A stretch of DNA of 64,000 bases. It comes from Eledone cirrhosa (taxonomy: Eukaryota). Below the pieces are notes generated by a model that did no database searches, was not told the origin of the DNA, and worked only from the letters and a program-made list of their open reading frames with translations. Made by a program: the position numbers and the translations under genes. The stretch spans positions 22,568,001-22,632,000 of the forward strand of contig OZ024745.1 in the NCBI GenBank assembly GCA_964016885.1. Direction: 5' to 3'. Of this stretch, positions 55,634 through 64,000 are shown one piece after another (positions within the stretch are counted from its first letter, which is position 1; every line of letters begins with the position of its first letter).

Positions 55634-55734
55634 ACTTTCTCTCTCTCCTCTCTGACACTTTCTCTCTCTCTCACTCTCTCTCCCCTCTCTCTATCTCTCC
55701 TCTATCTATCTATCTCTCTCTCACTCTCACACAC

Positions 55735-55771
<37 letters not shown>

Positions 55772-55798
55772 ACCTCTCTCCCTCTCTCTCTCTCTCTC

Positions 55799-55837
<39 letters not shown>

Positions 55838-56724
55838 TTGCTATCTTTCCTTCTCTCTGCCTATTGCACCTCCACTACAATAACCCCTCTCGTCCGAGTT
55901 CGCTAGTTACAGACCACCTCAGCCCACGCCCCACAAACACATACGACCCTTCTCTTGTCACTTATTTTCTATCTCATTATATCTTCAATTATTTGGTCTC
56001 GTTCGTCCTTTTCCGACCACATTCATATTTACAGAGGAAAACAACTAGGAGTAGGCATTTTCCTTAGCGGTCGGAGTGACCGTGGGTTTTTGTGGGTTTT
56101 CTACAGGAGTGACCCTCAGAGTCTCCCCATGTTGGGGAACTTTGTTATGTTTCATTGTTTTAAAAGTTATTTTCTTAGTCATTTTTTATAAATCTTATTT
56201 TACACAAAATAAACCCCACACTGTATCGTCCAGTATCGCCCTTAATGTTTTCTTAAAGCGAGCCCCGTGTGGATAATATAGAAATCATATTTACATTGGA
56301 ACAAATTTCACCGCCAACAACTCTGTATATCATTTATTTTTTCAGTTTTTAATACTTTTAGTGATTTGAGTTTGACCATTTTGGAGCACTTGCTCCAGTG
56401 ACAACTGTACTTTAGTTCTTATTATATCAACCTGCTAAGAATGAAAGATTATCTCGATTGGATTTAAACTATGTTAAGTTAATATGGCAACGTATTTTGT
56501 TATTTCACCATACCGATAGTATGAAAATATCAAGTAGAATCTAAAATAGGTTTGTATAAATGGGTGAGACATCCCTATCACTGAACAACGTTTGTATCTG
56601 AGAATCGCAAACATCCCAATTTTTCTCTAGTTCATTGAATATACAAAAAATGTGAATCGTATATAAAATAATTTGGCATACCTAGATGGCGCATGTATGA
56701 ACGTGATGCAATATGTGGTGTGAT

Positions 56725-57045
56725 AGACCTTGTAACTCCTGAGAGAATCGTAGGGGCGCTGTAGTGACATTCGGCATTTCTTGGGCATTTTAAGTCTGGT
56801 GGAGCCGGGTGGAGCCGATCTCCAGGCCTGAACATAGCCGATTTATTTCAGAGAAGGATTGGGAGTGAGAAAGAGCTGTAGAGGAAGAATCCACCCCTGT
56901 ACTAGACTGGTATTATTTTCATCGACCTCGAAAGAAGGAAAAACAAAGTTGACCACATCAAGATTTGAACTGAGAGAGAAGAGAGCCAGAAGAATACGGC
57001 AAAGAATTCTATCCGAAGTTCTAATCACTCGGTCGATTTGCTGCC
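56725..57045 (-). mobile_element. Family A SINE variant with alternative tail
   Basis: Homologous to 30610-30900 and 40445-40765. Confidence 0.6.
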
Positions 57046-57916
57046 TAATGTATGACGTAGCATATATCAAAGACCACTTGTATTTTGTCATTTAAATCCA
57101 AAGTCACTCCTTAATCCAAAGACACTCCTTGATTGTAAAATAATTGTTCGATAAATATGCTCTCAGTTACCTATATTTATTGATTTATAATTTTATTTGT
57201 ATTATTTTCTCATTTCTAGTAATATTTCTGCTCATTTATATAAGGATCGATCGACTTTCGTCAAATCGGACCGAGGAAACAATGTTTTCGTCGGTCTTTC
57301 CAATTGCTAATACTATCTATCGGTCGCAACTCCAGGTAGAAGGAGCAACGTGAAATAAAGTGTCTTGCTCAACGACATAATCGATCACCCGGTCCAGGAA
57401 TCGAACTCACAATTCCTGGACCGGGCGATGGGTTAATTTAATTAACTGGTCATTTAATTAACATAAATACCAGGTGCCCCATTGTTCCTGAATTAAGCCC
57501 TCCGATTGAAATCTGGAGTTCGTGGCCGGTGGACAGGGTTTACCTTTGCACTGGTAAACAAGGCTCACATTTTTACTCTGCTCAATCGTAAAACAATAGA
57601 GTAATTATTATTTAACTCTGTCCGGTTACATTTTAATTGTCCAACACGATATATTTGATACCGATGTTTGAATACTTGCAGACGTATGTGGAGATCAAAG
57701 TACCAAACAAGTGGATGGTACACTATTTCAATTGTGTGTATATATACATCAGCATTATACTGAGTTCTACTGCTGCTGAAAGTCCATCATTGACAAAGCA
57801 GATTGATGAAATATATACACTACAGTACATGTGTCCTACAAATACTGACAATATCATTTTTTTTCCTTCTGAAAATCATCTAAAATCATTTTCTATGACA
57901 CTTAATATACATACAA

Positions 57917-58009
<93 letters not shown>

Positions 58010-58048
58010 CATACATACACATGTATGTCTTCATTACGTTTATTGAGT

Positions 58049-58133
58049 GGTGACGTGCGTTTCGCTATTGATCAGCTCAACGTTCGATCGATATCGATAT
58101 AGCCTGACTCTGGAACAAACGCTCGTCGGACAT
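58049..58133 (-). ncRNA. Hammerhead motif with long stem II, same family as 23672-23885
   Basis: Minus strand: gt-CCGACGA-gc...TTGAGCTGATCAATAGC-GAAA-cgcacg-TC-ac; AATAAA follows. Confidence 0.65.
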
Positions 58134-58341
58134 CTGTTGTGGTAATGACAGAATGGACTTACATACTCACTGTATATTGGTTACCTCCCTTCCTAAACCT
58201 CTCTAACGCCGAAGGTATCACTTGATGACCAGCCACTCTCCAGGATGGCCGACTGAATACGCACGTGTCTTTTTCCTTATGTATCTGCGTTCCTTCCTCA
58301 TATCACTGTTTACTTTCTATTTATCTTCCTTTTCTAACTCT

Positions 58342-58378
58342 ATCTTCTGATGAAGGACTAGTGTCCGAAACGTTAATA
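58342..58378 (+). ncRNA. Minimal hammerhead ribozyme
   Basis: tt-CTGATGA-a-GGAC tagt GTCC-GAAA-cg-TT-aa; palindromic AACGTT. Confidence 0.75.
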
Positions 58379-58467
58379 CTTTCTTCCAGCTATTTCAAGC
58401 GTTAAACTAATATGTTTCTTCCATGTACTGTGCCATTTGTTGTTTTTCTTATTTCTGTTTACCTTTT

Positions 58468-59670
<1,203 letters not shown>

Positions 59671-59767
59671 AATACGAGGAAGTTTTATTTACATGTATAA
59701 AATATTTATTGTGTATCGACTTGTAAGGAAGATCTAACACCTCGTGATTTTTATTGTTATTATATAG

Positions 59768-60190
59768 GAGAAAGACCCCCTTCGGTCACGAATGACCATG
59801 AGATTTACACAAGTCTAGGCAAGGTTGTTTGTAGAAGACCAGAAGTCGACCACACATACCAGTCCCCTCTCTCCACGCCACCGGTGTCCAAGGGAAAGGC
59901 AAAGGCTGATACAACTTGGCACAAGTGACGTGAACTGGAGCACCAGCTGAGTGAACTGGAACAACATGAAATAAAGTGTCTTGCTCAAGAATACAGCGGA
60001 AAGACCGGTCCAAGAATCGATTGTAAGTCCGACCATCTAAACACTAAGCCATGTGCTCTCACCATTATTTTATTCAGTTCAAATCCCGCCGAGGTTAACT
60101 TTGCCTTTCATCCTTACGGGGTCGATAAAATAAAGTACCAGTAATGTAATGGTATAATTGCTGGCCTTGTGCCAAAAATAGAAACAATTG
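59768..60190. mobile_element. Family B SINE (-, 59768-60060) and 5'-truncated family A SINE (+, 60075-60190)
   Basis: CORE-like AAAGTGTCTTGCTCAAGAA; family A body and tail. Another truncated family A copy lies at 60561-60660. Confidence 0.75.
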
Positions 60191-60678
60191 TATTATATGT
60201 ATATATATATATGTGTGTGTATGTGTGTGTTTGTGTGTGTGCGTGTGTGTGCGTGTGTGTGCGTGTGTGTTTGTGTATGGGTGTATGTGTATTTAGGTAA
60301 CGATGTAAGCTTGTGCCTATGTATGTATTTATATATGTATGTATGAATGTATGTATGTATGAATGTATATATATGTATGTATATATATATATATATGTGT
60401 GTATATTATATAAATGAAAATGTGATTATATGTATAGGATATCTGTATGAAAATGCATGTGTGAACGTATGCAACTGTGAATGTATGTACATGTAAATGA
60501 GTTTGTGTATGTATGCGTGTGTATGAGTATATTGTTAACCAAGAACATATGGACAGTAGCCAGGTTAACTTTGCCATTCATCCTTACGGGGTCGATAAAA
60601 TAAAGTACCAGTAATGTACTGGGCAATTGCTGGCCTTGTGCCAAAAGTAGAAACAATTATATCTTCAAATCCCTATAG

Positions 60679-61980
60679 CCACCACCACCACCACCACCAT
60701 CACCACCAACACCATCACCACCACCACCACCACCATCACCACCACCACCACCACCACCACCACTCTACAATTACCAGCACCACCACACCACCATTACCAC
60801 CACCACCACTCCACCATTACAACCACCACTCCACCATTACCACCGCCACTCCACCATTACCACCAACACTCCACCATTACCACCACCACCACTCCACCAA
60901 TACCACCACCACTCCACCATTACCACCACCACCACTCCACCATTACCACCACCACCACTCCACCATTACCACCACCACTCCACCATTACCACCACCACTC
61001 CACCATGACCACCATCACCACTCCGCAATTACCACCACCACTCCACCATTACCACCACCACTCCACCATTACCACCACCACCACTCCCCCATTACCACCA
61101 CCACTCCACCATTACCACCATCAGCACTCCACCATTACCGCCACCACTCCACCATTACCACCACCACTCCACCATTACCACCACCACTCCACCATTACCA
61201 CCACCACTCCACCATGACCACCATCACCACTCCGCAATTACCACCACCCCATTCCACCATTACCACCACCACCACTCCACCATTACCACCACCACCACTC
61301 CCCCATTACCACCACCACTCCACCATTACCACCATCACCACTCCACCATTACCGCCACCACTCCACCATTACCACCACCACTCCACCATTACCACCACCA
61401 CTCCACCATGACCACCATCACCACTCCGCAATTACCACCACCCCATTCCACCATTACCACCACCACCACTCCACCATTACCACCACCACCACTCCCCCAT
61501 TACCACCACCACTCCACCATTACCACCATCACCACTCCACCATTACCGCCACCACTCCACCATTACCACCACCACTCCACCATTACCACCACCACTCCAC
61601 CATTACCACCACCACTCCACCATTTCCACCACCACCACCACTTAACCATTACCACCACCACACCACCATCACTACCACCACCACACCACCATTACCACCA
61701 CCACTCCACCATTACCACCACCACCACTCCACCATTACCACCACCACCACCACTCCACCATTACCACCACCATTACCACCACCACTCCACCATTACCACC
61801 ACCACTCCACCATTACCACTCCCAGCACTCCACCATTACCACCATCACCACTCCACCATTACCACCATCACCACCACCACAGCCACCACCAACAACAACA
61901 ATTGCAATTACAACATCACCACCATCATCACCATCACCACCATCACCATCACCACCATCACCACCACCACCATCTCCACC
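60679..61980. repeat. (CCA)-based compound repeat with a 20-23 bp higher-order unit CCACCATTACCACCACCACT
   Basis: Directly visible. Confidence 0.92.
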
Positions 61981-62283
61981 AGATGCCGCCATCTTTCAAG
62001 AATGACTTCCGTCCTTTATATCGGCTTCGAATTTCTAGAGCCATTTATATATTTATCTATTTATATATGTGTGTGTGTGTGTGTGTGCGTGTGTATGTGT
62101 GTGTATGTGTGTGTGTGTGTATGTGTGCGTGTTTATGTATGCGTGTGTATGTATATATGTATAGATTTTCTGAGTTTGTATGTATGTATACATGTATGTA
62201 TGTATTGCTTATTTTTGTGTTGTTTATAATATACTCTATATTCATATATGATTTGTTTTTTATATTTATATACATACATATAG

Positions 62284-62332
<49 letters not shown>

Positions 62333-62338
62333 CATATG

Positions 62339-62374
<36 letters not shown>

Positions 62375-62375
62375 C

Positions 62376-62530
<155 letters not shown>

Positions 62531-62617
62531 AATATATATATATATTTAAATAAATAAATACAGACAAAAATATATAGACTAAAAATATCATATGTACATT
62601 ATATTTATATATAAATT

Positions 62618-62697
<80 letters not shown>

Positions 62698-62698
62698 A

Positions 62699-62739
<41 letters not shown>

Positions 62740-62745
62740 TATATT

Positions 62746-62823
<78 letters not shown>

Positions 62824-63257
62824 AATTTATATATAAATGTAATGTACATATGATGTTTTTAGTTTATATACTTTTGTCTGTATTTATTTATTTAATCTTC
62901 CATTTATATTTTGTTGTTGTTATTGTAATAGTCGGTCTAAGGTATAACGTGTCACTAAACGTGACATTTCAGCTCTCCTACACATAAAGGCTTCAGTTCT
63001 ATTGCCACTATTACTATTGCAATTCTAAATAGTCCACCATTTTTTTTCCTTTTTTACATCATAATTTCGCCCACTAATTTGTAGACATTTTTTTTAATAT
63101 ACTTTTTATCTCCCTCGTTATCCTCGTGGCAAATAACGAAAGCATTATTATACCAGTTGTTTTTACAATAATTATACAAGGAACGTGTGGCAACGTCGGT
63201 CAAACATCAGAGAAAATATATTGCAGTGTCTTGTTACGTCCCATTGTTTCAATTTTG

Positions 63258-63399
<142 letters not shown>

Positions 63400-64000
63400 G
63401 TATATATGAGAAACTAGGGGCTTTTTTTGTAACCCATATGTGTAAAAATATAGGAAAAGGAAGCTGAAAATGCAATTGAAGATTTTAAGAAGAACATTTA
63501 TTAATAACATCTTCACCGGTTTCACGTTTGAATGAATTTTAAAAGTTAAGTGGGGCGGAGAGAAGTATGGTTATATCTTGTTTCTGAAGTTTAGGGAAAT
63601 TTCTTTCCGTTTTATGCAAAAAAAAGTGGTTCAGATTGCTAGCTGTTTAAAGTACAATGGGATTGGTTCTTGTACGAACAAGTGATTAGGTATAGAGTTG
63701 TGTAGTTATTTGCGCCAACATTTGATGCTCACGTGATTAAAAATAGAATATTTATTGCAGATTTTTGCGCCCCAAATTGGAGGTGCCATGGTTCAGTAAA
63801 TGTGACTCGAGGCAATTTCAGAAGGAATTCATGTCTATTTCATTGAGTTAAAGAATAGTTGGCGGCAATCCTTTCAAATATTTTAAAACTATATACGAAG
63901 ATTATTTATGTGATTGTTTGTGTGTGTGTGTGTGTGTGTCTGTAGGAAGTGTTTTGTTTCTTAATACGTCGGGATATAATGGGTCACGTGGCAATTTTAA

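Noticed and set aside
55860-56060. Possible PLE GIY-YIG relic (also about 11430-11640)
   Set aside because: Too degenerate to support by eye.
57677-57720. VCGDQST resembling a nuclear-receptor zinc finger
   Set aside because: Remaining cysteines are absent and the donor site is weak.
60679-61980. Extensin-like or His-rich protein, or telomeric repeat
   Set aside because: Frame-inconsistent 20/23-bp units and no TTAGGG.

Overview
AT-rich, microsatellite-saturated eukaryotic non-genic DNA. The SINE repertoire, the 5S sequence and the (TA)n/(CA)n load point to a coleoid cephalopod, probably Octopus (inference). I see no intact host gene; nearly all listed ORFs are translated microsatellites. 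The only long real coding region is a 5'-truncated Tx1/L1-clade LINE (about 49370-52545) with one in-frame stop, flanked by (TATC)n. Other recognisable items: a decayed Penelope-like element (PLE); R4/Dong, CRE and RTE fragments; two bipartite RTE-derived non-autonomous elements; a non-autonomous Helitron; a hAT MITE; more than 30 tRNA-SINE copies; a 5'-truncated 5S rRNA copy; 78-bp and 61-bp minisatellites. The most striking hidden signal is about 18 type-I hammerhead-ribozyme (HHR) motifs from roughly a dozen distinct sequence families, mostly in short inserts within or beside (TA)n arrays. Several form back-to-back palindromic pairs, some carry large branched stem-II insertions or core variants, and many are followed by AATAAA and a shared YGAGTRCT 3' motif, as expected for PLE pseudo-LTR or retrozyme-like units. 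There is also a separate, unidentified structured repeat family (3 copies). All calls are by eye; coordinates of degenerate repeats are approximate and no ribozyme activity is demonstrated.
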